Shown here: one piece after another, positions 1 to 7,205 of the stretch
Layout: the number at the start of each line of letters is the position of its first letter
How positions within the stretch are numbered: position 1 is the stretch's first letter
Assembly: GCA_032123335.1 (NCBI GenBank)
Contig: JAQBFN010000018.1
Location: forward strand, 1-24,786
Direction of reading: 5' to 3'
Origin: Candidatus Micrarchaeota archaeon
GTDB taxonomy: Archaea; Micrarchaeota; Micrarchaeia; Anstonellales; Bilamarchaeaceae
DNA length: 24,786 nt
The notes under the pieces: model-generated
Seen by the model: only the letters and a program-made list of their open reading frames with translations
Databases searched by the model: none
What the model was told of the DNA's origin: nothing
Translations under genes and position numbers: made by a program

Positions 1-426
1 GTTCGGGAGGGAGCGTATGAGTGCGAGGTCCTCGAGAATCTGGTGGGATGCTCCATCCGGGCCCACGGTGATTCCGGTGTGGGATGCGTGGATTACTACA
101 GGGACATTGTTGTAGCAGATAGAGACGCGGATTTGCTCCCAGTTCCTTCCTGGTGAGAATGCTCCGAATGCGGAGATGAAGGGGCGCTTTCCGCAGGAAG
201 CGATTCCTGCTGCAACCCCTGCCATGTTCTGCTCTGCGATTCCGACCTGGACAAAGCGGCTTGGGAATTTCTCTGCAAACCAGTGGGTGCGGGAGGATTC
301 TGAAACATCTGCGGTGAGGGCCCATGCGTTCGGATCTTTCTCGCCGATTTCTACGAGAGCTTTGCCGAATCCGTCACGGGTGGCCTTCTTTTCTTCCGGG
401 TTCTTGTTGTAGGAAATTGCTGCCAT
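1..426 (-). CDS. Transketolase, C-terminal (pyrimidine-binding) subunit; partial, runs off the left edge
   Basis: Manual translation from ATG at 426: MAAISYNKNPEEKKATRDGFGKAL...FVQVGIAEQNMAGVAAGIA...GITVGPDGASHQILED. The GIAEQ and DGxSHQ motifs are typical. Lies directly downstream of the N-terminal subunit. Not in the ORF track. Confidence 0.95.
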   Translation of the reverse strand, partial: MAAISYNKNPEEKKATRDGFGKALVEIGEKDPNAWALTADVSESSRTHWFAEKFPSRFVQVGIAEQNMAGVAAGIASCGKRPFISAFGAFSPGRNWEQIRVSICYNNVPVVIHASHTGITVGPDGASHQILEDLALIRSLPN

Positions 427-431
427 CTGGA

Positions 432-1292
432 TCACTCCTCCTCCACTTCGCGCCTATCCAATTCAAGGATTTTGTAGGCTTCATCTGCCTGCTCCTTGGT
501 TGGGGACTTTCCGTGCCACTCGGTAAGGAATTCCATGAACGGGATTCCCTTTCCGGGGATTGTGTGTGCGATAATCATGGTGGGGCGCTCGTAGATTGCC
601 TTGGATTCCTCGCATGCATCTATCAGGCTCTTTATGTTGTGGCCGTCGACTTCGATTACGTGCCAGCCGAATGCGCGGTATTTTGCAACTATGGGCTCAA
701 TCGGGTTTACCTCTTCTGTGAATCCATCAATCTGGATGTTGTTGCGGTCCATTATTGCGGTGAGGTTGCCCAGGTGGAACTTGGATGCAAGCATTGCTGC
801 TTCCCAGACCTGGCCTTCCTGCTGCTCCCCATCTGAAACTACGGTGTAAACCCTCCAGCGCTTCCTTTCCCTTTTTGCGGTGATTGCCATGCCTACTGCG
901 ATGGAGAACCCCTGGCCCAGGGGACCGGAGGAATTCTCAATTCCCGGGAGGGAGCCGCGGTGCGGGTGGCCCTGGAGGCGCGAACCCAATTTTCTTAGGG
1001 TGAGGAGCTCCTCCTTGGGAAAGTAGCCTGCGTTTGCGAGCGCGGCGTACATTACAGGGCAAACGTGGCCATTTGATAAAACAAAACGGTCGCGCTCCTC
1101 CCATTCCGGGTCCTTGGGGTCATGGTAGAGCACGTTGAAGTAAAGGGCGGTGAATATGTCTGCGAGGCCTATGGAACCTGCAGCATGGCCGGACTTTGCT
1201 TCTTCAAGCATCTGGATTACGTCCTTCCTTATCGTATTCGCGATAAGCTTCAGCTTTTTTATGTCGTTTGTTTTTGGGAATCTTCTTGGCAT
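432..1292 (-). CDS. Transketolase, N-terminal (TPP-binding) subunit
   Basis: SGHAAGS, DRFVLSNGH, LQGHP, GPLGQG and SDGEQQEGQVWEA...DRN motifs. Start placed at ATG 1292 (MPRRFPKT); the ORF-track extension to 1463 overlaps rpe. Confidence 0.95.
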   Translation of the reverse strand: MPRRFPKTNDIKKLKLIANTIRKDVIQMLEEAKSGHAAGSIGLADIFTALYFNVLYHDPKDPEWEERDRFVLSNGHVCPVMYAALANAGYFPKEELLTLRKLGSRLQGHPHRGSLPGIENSSGPLGQGFSIAVGMAITAKRERKRWRVYTVVSDGEQQEGQVWEAAMLASKFHLGNLTAIMDRNNIQIDGFTEEVNPIEPIVAKYRAFGWHVIEVDGHNIKSLIDACEESKAIYERPTMIIAHTIPGKGIPFMEFLTEWHGKSPTKEQADEAYKILELDRREVEEE

Positions 1293-1294
1293 TT

Positions 1295-1957
1295 TTACGC
1301 CTCTTCTGCAAGTTTTTTCAGCTTCCTGATTGCATCCCCGGGGTTGTCTGCGCGGAAAATAGTGCTGGCGCTTGCAAGTATGTTTGCGCCTGCGCGGGCT
1401 GCGCGGGGAGCGCTCTCGAAAGTGATGCCCCCATCCACTTCGATTTCGTGGGTGGGGCAGCATTCCCTGAGCCTCTGGATTTTGGGCTCGACTTCCTGGA
1501 TGTATTTCTGGCCATCGAAGCCGGGGATTACGGACATTATGAGGAAGCGCATAACGCGATCCTTGTAAGGAAGAACATCTTCGAGGCGGGTTCCGGGATT
1601 CAGGGAGATTGCGAGCTTTCCGCCCGCGGTTTTGACTGCTTTTTCGATTTCATCAAAATGAGATGGGGATTTTACGGTTTCCACATGAATCATGTGCACG
1701 TGGGGGCCAGGAAGCGTGGCAATCCAGTTCTCAGGGGATTCGACCATCCAGTGGAGGGAATACTCCAATCCGGGGGGGAGGGGCTTGAGCTCATCGGAGC
1801 CGATTGTTTTGTTTGGAACAAAAACATCATCCATGATGTCAATGTGCACTCCCTTAACGTGAGGCTTGACTATCTCTATCTGTTCCAGGAAGTGGCTCCT
1901 GTCTTTTACAAGAATTGCTGGAAGTATCTCTACTTCATATTTTTGGCTAAGCGACAT
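1295..1957 (-). CDS. rpe: Ribulose-phosphate 3-epimerase
   Basis: HIDIMDDVFVPN, HWMV, SLNPGT, MSVIPGFDGQ and IEVDGGI motifs. Start likely ATG 1957 (MSLSQKYEVEILPAIL), with a GGTG-rich RBS upstream. Confidence 0.93.
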   Translation of the reverse strand: MSLSQKYEVEILPAILVKDRSHFLEQIEIVKPHVKGVHIDIMDDVFVPNKTIGSDELKPLPPGLEYSLHWMVESPENWIATLPGPHVHMIHVETVKSPSHFDEIEKAVKTAGGKLAISLNPGTRLEDVLPYKDRVMRFLIMSVIPGFDGQKYIQEVEPKIQRLRECCPTHEIEVDGGITFESAPRAARAGANILASASTIFRADNPGDAIRKLKKLAEEA

Positions 1958-2017
1958 AGTGCCAAACACACCCACCCACTGTATTGTATACTTAATGCAG
2001 GGCATTAATTTAAAGGT

Positions 2018-2152
2018 TGCCTCACGCTTTGTGGGCTAAAGCCGTCCAGCCTTGGTAGGGACAACGGATTTAAGGCGGAGGCATGAACATGGATAAGGGG
2101 CCTTCCCCGTACCCGCATGGCGTGAAGTTTCGCCTGAATCTGGCGGTTTTTT
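2018..2152 (+). ncRNA. Candidate structured RNA or cis-regulatory element of unknown family
   Basis: Long imperfect hairpin 2018-2083 (TGCCTC/GAGGCA, CGCTT/AGGCG, TAAAGCCGT/ACGGATTTA), GGGG-CCTT-CCCC hairpin 2097-2108, an alternative stem pairing 2023-2035 with 2112-2124, and a terminal CGCC/GGCG hairpin followed by a T-run. G-U pairs favour the + strand. Confidence 0.35.
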
Positions 2153-2189
2153 AAGCACTTCCGGACAAAATGGGGTTTGGGAGAACTTA

Positions 2190-2711
2190 ATGCTTAATTA
2201 TGCAAAGCTCAGGGAGATGCAGCGATCAGAGGTATCCACCAGTGAATTATGTGTGGTGGAGGAGGACTTCTACTCCCAGGTAAGGAGTTTCCTGGAAGGG
2301 AAGAAGGATGAGGCAATGGACTCCCAGAACCTGCTTGTGATTAAAGAGTACGAGAACCTGCGCAAGATTGCAAAGGCGATTGTGAATAAGAGGAACGAGA
2401 AACTGGTGCTGCTGGCGCTCAGGGGGAAAAATGAGACTACCGGGATGACGAGCGAGGAGGCGGATTTTATGGGCCACCTTTCCCGGGCAATCGAGGCAAA
2501 TGAGGCCCAATTGGCGTTTATTTTCGAAGAGAGAAACGGGAGTGGTAAAAAGGATAATATTAAAAGAGTTAGGCTACTCAAAGATATTAGCCCGTATAAA
2601 GGTTTAGATGATAGAGCATATGGACCTTTTAAGTCGGGAGAAACGGTGGATTTGCCATCTGAGGAGGCCCAATGGCTTCTGAAAGAGAAGATGGCAGAGC
2701 TGCTTGCATAA
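2190..2711 (+). CDS. DNA replication GINS subunit (Gins15/Gins51 type)
   Basis: Helical N-terminal A domain plus C-terminal B domain (VRLLKDISPYKGLDDRAYGPFKSGETVDLPSEEAQWL). Conserved position upstream of L44e. Confidence 0.88.
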   Translation: MLNYAKLREMQRSEVSTSELCVVEEDFYSQVRSFLEGKKDEAMDSQNLLVIKEYENLRKIAKAIVNKRNEKLVLLALRGKNETTGMTSEEADFMGHLSRAIEANEAQLAFIFEERNGSGKKDNIKRVRLLKDISPYKGLDDRAYGPFKSGETVDLPSEEAQWLLKEKMAELLA

Positions 2712-2727
2712 ACGAAAGGTGTTTTTT

Positions 2728-3009
2728 ATGAAATTTCCAAAAGAGGTTAACGCATACTGCCCGTACTGCCGGAAGCACGTAAAGATGAAGGTAAAGGTTG
2801 CGAGCAAGGGGAAAGCCAGGACCATGGCTATTGGTAACAGGAAGCACGCGCGCTCCCTTCTCGGGCACGGCGGAAAAAGGGCCGGTGAAAAGACTGTGAA
2901 GAAGCAGGGAAAAAGGCAGAAGCTTATGCTTACCTGCCCGGACTGCAACAAGAAGACCCCCAGGGTACTGAGGGGAAGGACCAAGAAAAAGGTGGAGATA
3001 CAGAGGTAA
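2728..3009 (+). CDS. rpl44e: 50S ribosomal protein L44e (eL42)
   Basis: MKFPKEVNAYCPYCRKH...LTCPDCNK zinc ribbon, basic protein, conserved cluster position. Start ATG 2728. Confidence 0.95.
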   Translation: MKFPKEVNAYCPYCRKHVKMKVKVASKGKARTMAIGNRKHARSLLGHGGKRAGEKTVKKQGKRQKLMLTCPDCNKKTPRVLRGRTKKKVEIQR

Positions 3010-3014
3010 TTATT

Positions 3015-3185
3015 ATGGCAAGCAAATTCCTAGTTGTGAAATGTGAATGCGGAAACGAGCAGAACATATTTAGCCATGCTTCCAGCCCCGTAGACTGCAA
3101 GGTTTGCGGGAAGAGGCTTGCCTCCCCTGCGGGAGGAAAGGCCATCATAACCAACGGAACGGTTGTGAAGGAGCTGGAGGAGTGA
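3015..3185 (+). CDS. rps27e: 30S ribosomal protein S27e
   Basis: Manual translation: MASKFLVVKCECGNEQNIFSHASSPVDCKVCGKRLASPAGGKAIITNGTVVKELEE (56 aa, below the ORF-track cutoff). Lies between L44e and aIF2alpha. Confidence 0.95.
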   Translation: MASKFLVVKCECGNEQNIFSHASSPVDCKVCGKRLASPAGGKAIITNGTVVKELEE

Positions 3186-3186
3186 A

Positions 3187-3933
3187 ATGGCAATAAAGTA
3201 TCCTGCGAGGGATGAGCTGGTTATCGCCACAATAACTAAAATTATGCCCTATGGGGCGTTTCTTTCCCTAAAGGAATATGAGGGAGTAGAAGCATTTATG
3301 CATATTTCTGAGGTTGCGCCCCGCTGGATAAAGAATATTCATGAATTTATTTCAGTAAACCAGACGCATGTGGTGCGTGTGCATCGCATTGATTTGGAAA
3401 AGGCGCAGGTCGATGTTTCCTTAAAGAGGGTAAATGAGGAAGAGAAGAAGAGGAAACTTGAAGCAGTGAGGAGGAATACGCGCGCTACGAAATTGCTTGG
3501 GGTTGCAATAAAAAATGCAAAATCCAAGAAATCCTTTGAGAAGCTAGAGGTGGAAATCCTTGCACAGTATGAGACTATTTATGATTTCCTTGAAGATGTG
3601 AGGGATGAGGGGGACAAGGCATTTGAAGGAATAGATGTGAAGGGGGCGCTCCACGATGAGATTGTGGAGATAGTGAAGAAATCAGTGAAGAAGCCAATTA
3701 TTGAAGTAAGCAAGGTTATGGTGGTCAAATGTTACGAGCCCGATGGGGTTGAGGTGATACGCTCGACCCTTGGGAAGATAGATGCGCATTACCTTGGCCC
3801 TGGAAAGTACGGAGTAAAGGTTACTGCTGATGATTACAAGAGTGCGAACAAGAAGATGGACAAGCTAATCAGTTCTGTGGAAAAGGGCCTCAGTGGAAAG
3901 GATTGCGAATTTTCCACAGAGGAAGAAAAATGA
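3187..3933 (+). CDS. eif2a: Translation initiation factor aIF-2 alpha subunit
   Basis: N-terminal S1 domain (YPARDELVIATITKIMPYGAF...HISEVAPRWIKNI...VDVSLKRV) and C-terminal YLGPGKY...ADDYK. Conserved cluster position. Confidence 0.93.
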   Translation: MAIKYPARDELVIATITKIMPYGAFLSLKEYEGVEAFMHISEVAPRWIKNIHEFISVNQTHVVRVHRIDLEKAQVDVSLKRVNEEEKKRKLEAVRRNTRATKLLGVAIKNAKSKKSFEKLEVEILAQYETIYDFLEDVRDEGDKAFEGIDVKGALHDEIVEIVKKSVKKPIIEVSKVMVVKCYEPDGVEVIRSTLGKIDAHYLGPGKYGVKVTADDYKSANKKMDKLISSVEKGLSGKDCEFSTEEEK

Positions 3934-4085
3934 AGAAGATGAATAAGTGTGTTTCCTGCGGGGAGTATACCCTCGAGGAAGAGCACTGTGGGGAGAGGAC
4001 TATTTCTGCACACCCACCTAAATATAATCCTAACGATAGATATGCAAACTACAGGAGAAAAGAGAAGGGGATTGCTGATGGATAA
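3930..4085 (+). CDS. nop10: H/ACA RNP protein Nop10
   Basis: KCVSCGEYTL...HCG..T.SAHPPKYNPNDRYANYRR. ATGA overlap with the aIF2alpha stop. Confidence 0.93.
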   Translation: MKKMNKCVSCGEYTLEEEHCGERTISAHPPKYNPNDRYANYRRKEKGIADG

Positions 4086-4827
4086 AACGCTCATAAGGGA
4101 AAAAAAGAAGGTTACGCTAAAAGATCCGGTAATGGTTACCGGGCTGCCTGGGATTGGGCTTATTGGGCAGGTTGCTGCAAAATACATGATCAAGAAGATG
4201 AAGGGGGATAGGATTGCTGAAATTTATTCTCCGCACTTTCCTCACCAGGTTTTGATGAGCAAAAGGGGTGTGATGAGGCTCCTGAAGAATTCTGTTTATA
4301 GGATAAAAACGAAAAAGCGGGATTTGCTCGTGGTGATTGGGGATGTGCAGGCTGTTTCCAGCGTGGGGCAGTACGAGGTTGCGGATGCTATCCTGGATTA
4401 TGTTGAAAAGCAGGGAGTAAAGCTTGTGATTACTATTGGGGGCTATAGTACTGGGAAGGTGGAGAAGAGCAGGAGGGTTTTTGGTTCTGCCAATAACAAA
4501 AGGCTCAAGAAAGAGTATGAGAAGAAGGGGGTTGTTTTTGGGGAGACGCGCGGGTCTATTGTGGGGGTTGCGGGATTGCTTCCGGGGCTTGCAAAGCTTC
4601 GGAAACTGGATGGGATTTGCATCATGGGGGAGACCCACGGGAGCTATGTGGACCATACTTCCGCAAAGAACGTGGTGGAAAAGCTTGCGGAACTGCTGGA
4701 GTTCAAGGTAGATATTTCTGAGCTTGAGAAAGAAGCTCAAACCAGGGAAAAGGTCATCAGCAAAATCGAGAAGGAAGTGGAGCACCAGATGACCGGGAAC
4801 AAAAAAGACATTACTTACATTAGGTGA
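4078..4827 (+). CDS. PAC2 family (proteasome assembly chaperone-like) protein
   Basis: GLPGIGLIGQVA, VIGDVQ, ITIGGY, IVGVAGLL and CIMGET motifs, C-terminal YIR. Typical neighbour of nop10. Start ATG 4078. Confidence 0.9.
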   Translation: MDKTLIREKKKVTLKDPVMVTGLPGIGLIGQVAAKYMIKKMKGDRIAEIYSPHFPHQVLMSKRGVMRLLKNSVYRIKTKKRDLLVVIGDVQAVSSVGQYEVADAILDYVEKQGVKLVITIGGYSTGKVEKSRRVFGSANNKRLKKEYEKKGVVFGETRGSIVGVAGLLPGLAKLRKLDGICIMGETHGSYVDHTSAKNVVEKLAELLEFKVDISELEKEAQTREKVISKIEKEVEHQMTGNKKDITYIR

Positions 4828-4831
4828 ACTT

Positions 4832-5068
4832 ATGAAAGGACAAATATCCGCTGAGATGCTGATATTGCTGGCGGTAGTTATTGCGATTGTTGCGATTGCC
4901 GCAGTGTATCTTATGGATTTGGGCAAGAGTGCCGGAGAACAGGTCCAGGAGCAGGGCAGCGATGTGCTTTCGGATGTGAATGAGCTTTCCAAGGGGGACG
5001 CGGGGGACCCTTGCGTTGATGGTGAAGACTGCAAATCCGGAAGCTGCTCGGACAATAGATGCTCATGA
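4832..5068 (+). CDS. Class III signal peptide (type IV pilin-like) protein with Cys-rich C-terminus
   Basis: MKG|QISAEMLILLAVVIAIVAIAAVYL (KG-Q-x3-E motif plus hydrophobic helix). C-terminal C-x5-C-x4-C-x4-C. Confidence 0.8.
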   Translation: MKGQISAEMLILLAVVIAIVAIAAVYLMDLGKSAGEQVQEQGSDVLSDVNELSKGDAGDPCVDGEDCKSGSCSDNRCS

Positions 5069-5442
5069 AAGGGCAGGTAACTGTTGAGTATCTACTTCTG
5101 TTTTCAGTAGGCTTAGTGCTAATTGCATTTGCTGTTGGTGCTCTTGTTGTGATTAAGGATGCGGAGAGTGTGCTTACTTCTTCTGAGAAAGCTAAGATTG
5201 CTGTTGCTTCTTTGAAATCTGCTGGGGATGAGGTGTGTGCTTTGGGGGACGGGAATTCCCGGGTTGTGGAGCTTGGCTGGGAAGTTACGCTTGAATGTTC
5301 GGGGGATGTGATTAAGGCTAATTTTGGGGAGCAGGGGGCCGTTGGGGCTATTGAGCATTGCGATGTTTCTTGTTATGGGAATGGGGATACGTTTAGTGTT
5401 AGCAATGTTTATGGACGGGTGGAAATAGAATCAGCTTCTTGA
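5065..5442 (+). CDS. Class III signal peptide (type IV pilin-like) protein
   Basis: MKG|QVTVEYLLLFSVGLVLIAFAVGAL, then a GDEVCALGDGNSR segment. ATGA overlap with the upstream pilin-like gene. Confidence 0.8.
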   Translation: MKGQVTVEYLLLFSVGLVLIAFAVGALVVIKDAESVLTSSEKAKIAVASLKSAGDEVCALGDGNSRVVELGWEVTLECSGDVIKANFGEQGAVGAIEHCDVSCYGNGDTFSVSNVYGRVEIESAS

Positions 5443-6789
5443 TTCAATCCAGAAAGTGAGGTTCGGGTGGACCTTTTGTATTTCTGAGAGCATTCCTTTT
5501 GCTATTTCCCTTATTGTGAAATGGGCCCATGGGGTTGAGCGGAGCCGTATGAAGTGGTTGAGTTCGCGCAGGTTCAATGTGGCGAGGCAGCGGCGGTAGT
5601 GCGCGTTTGTGGAGATGTAGCCGGCTGCGTATGGGAAATCCTCCTCCATATCCTTGAAGGCTTCGGTTGCCTTTTCTAATGCTGCGGTGTATTCGGATTC
5701 TAAGCCGGCTTTTTTGATGTCTTCGGGGATGTGGTAGCCTAAATGGACTGTGGGGTTCTGGGTTGTGAGGGTGAGCATGCGGTGGCGCTTGAATTCTGCA
5801 TATGCGCCCTGGTCCATTACCAAATCAAAAGTGTAGTATGCGTGCTCGAATTCGCGCATTGGGGGCTCTTTTGAAAGTTTTTCAAGGGCTTTCTGGATTG
5901 TGGATTTGCGTTCCTCCTGGCCCATCTTTTTGGCGCGGGATTCGGCTTCCTGGAAAGAGAGATTGGAGTATTTGTAGAGGAAGGAGGCAACTATTTTTTC
6001 GAGTGCGTCCTTTTCGTAAGCAACAAGTTCTACTTTTTTTGTGAAGGGGGAGCGCTGGTCCCAGAGTTCGGAGTGGAATTGGATTCCTGTTTCCTCCAAG
6101 TAACTGCTGGGCTCGGGGTTGCCGGTAAGGGTTGGGAGGACTTCGCGGGAGGCTTTTTCCATTTCCTTGCCGATTTCGCGGACCTCTGCGAGCGGGGAGG
6201 AAAGCATCTTGCGGAGCGCATGCATGAGTGTGCGCGAATTGAATGTGATTCCTACATTTGCAAGGGTTGCGTTGGGAAGGAGGAAGCGCGCATTATCGAG
6301 AGCCATGAGCTTGAGGTTTGCTTCGTATTTTTTTTCGGAATCCTCTTCTTTTTTGGGGGTGGTTTTGCGGTAATACTCAATCATTCCTGCGAGAATTGAA
6401 TCGTAGGTGGAGAAAAGGAGGTCGATTGTTTCCTTGTAAGTGTCTTCGTATTTGGTGCCTTTGAGCTCCTTTGGGTAGTGGACGTGCTCCTTATCGAGTT
6501 CCTGGTAGCGGGTGGATTTTTCAGTGTAGGCACCTAGGCGGTTCCCTTCTATGCATTCTACTGAAAGGCGGGAGATGTTTTCTGCGGCGAGATGGAGGGA
6601 GGCGTGTTCTGCAACGCTTCCGTGGCCGAACCTGAGTACCCAGGTTTCGTGGAATTTCTTTGTGGACTCGGGGTCGAGCTCGGAAATTATCTTGTCAAAG
6701 GGCTCAGGGCTCCTGCTGGTTTTTGCAAAAGCTACAGAAACGGTTTCCTCAGGATATCCCTTTATTGGATAAATTCTCCTCTTTGCCAT
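5431..6789 (-). CDS. thyX: FAD-dependent thymidylate synthase, tandem two-domain form
   Basis: Domain 1: GHGSVAEHA, EKSTRY, ARFLLP, NSRTL. Domain 2: REFEHA, EFKRHR, NLRELNHFIRLR...AHFTIR. 452 aa, about twice the length of a single ThyX domain. Confidence 0.9.
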   Translation of the reverse strand: MAKRRIYPIKGYPEETVSVAFAKTSRSPEPFDKIISELDPESTKKFHETWVLRFGHGSVAEHASLHLAAENISRLSVECIEGNRLGAYTEKSTRYQELDKEHVHYPKELKGTKYEDTYKETIDLLFSTYDSILAGMIEYYRKTTPKKEEDSEKKYEANLKLMALDNARFLLPNATLANVGITFNSRTLMHALRKMLSSPLAEVREIGKEMEKASREVLPTLTGNPEPSSYLEETGIQFHSELWDQRSPFTKKVELVAYEKDALEKIVASFLYKYSNLSFQEAESRAKKMGQEERKSTIQKALEKLSKEPPMREFEHAYYTFDLVMDQGAYAEFKRHRMLTLTTQNPTVHLGYHIPEDIKKAGLESEYTAALEKATEAFKDMEEDFPYAAGYISTNAHYRRCLATLNLRELNHFIRLRSTPWAHFTIREIAKGMLSEIQKVHPNLTFWIESRS

Positions 6790-6849
6790 TAGAACACACC
6801 CGCACAGAAAACAGATTTGTAAGGCGGGATTTAAAAGAATGGGTGCTGG

Positions 6850-7104
6850 CTACCCTTTTACGAGGAAATCCTTGGGTGTCTTCCCAAGGGGGAAAAAGAA
6901 CCCTGTGGGTGAGCGGAGCGGGAAATTAACCTCATTTGCAGCGCGCATAAGCTCTGCAAGCATTATGGGCTGGTCGATTTCCAGGACGTAGTAGTCCCCA
7001 AAAGCGGATTTCTCCTCCTTCAGGGTGAACTTGTGTTTCTGGATTACTCCGGAAACCCTTACCCTTATCTCCGCATATCCCTGCTTGATTATTTTTTTGT
7101 CCAT
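6850..7104 (-). CDS. Hypothetical protein (84 aa)
   Basis: Clean ORF filling the gap. TATA-like TTAAAA about 25-30 nt upstream on the minus strand. No recognised motif. Confidence 0.7.
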   Translation of the reverse strand: MDKKIIKQGYAEIRVRVSGVIQKHKFTLKEEKSAFGDYYVLEIDQPIMLAELMRAANEVNFPLRSPTGFFFPLGKTPKDFLVKG

Positions 7105-7205
7105 TGATGGGGTGTGTGAATGGAAACCCTTTTAAGAGTGAGGTTGTTCGGGGGAAGCCGAAAGGTAGGTGCAATATTTAAAGGAGTTAATTGAGTGAGG
7201 GGTTC

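Noticed and set aside
1293..1463. N-terminal extension of the transketolase ORF in the ORF track
   Set aside because: Overlaps rpe in another frame; homology starts at MPRRFPKT (1292).
2044..2075. tRNA-like D arm (GTCC-AGCCTTGGTAG-GGAC) followed by ACGGA-TT-TAA
   Set aside because: No T-psi-C arm, no acceptor stem and no BHB could be built, so it is not a tRNA. It also does not fit 5S, SRP or RNase P consensus.
2083..2154. Small ORF MNMDKGPSPYPHGVKFRLNLAVF after GGAGG
   Set aside because: Only 23 aa with no recognisable motif, and it overlaps the predicted RNA structure. Cannot be supported, though a uORF is not excluded.
4117..5055. 312-aa antisense ORF, and similar long antisense ORFs at 1268-2008, 10530-11213, 12815-13453, 18381-19526 and 20323-20973
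   Set aside because: Shadow ORFs opposite better-supported genes, explained by biased codon usage; no motifs recognised.
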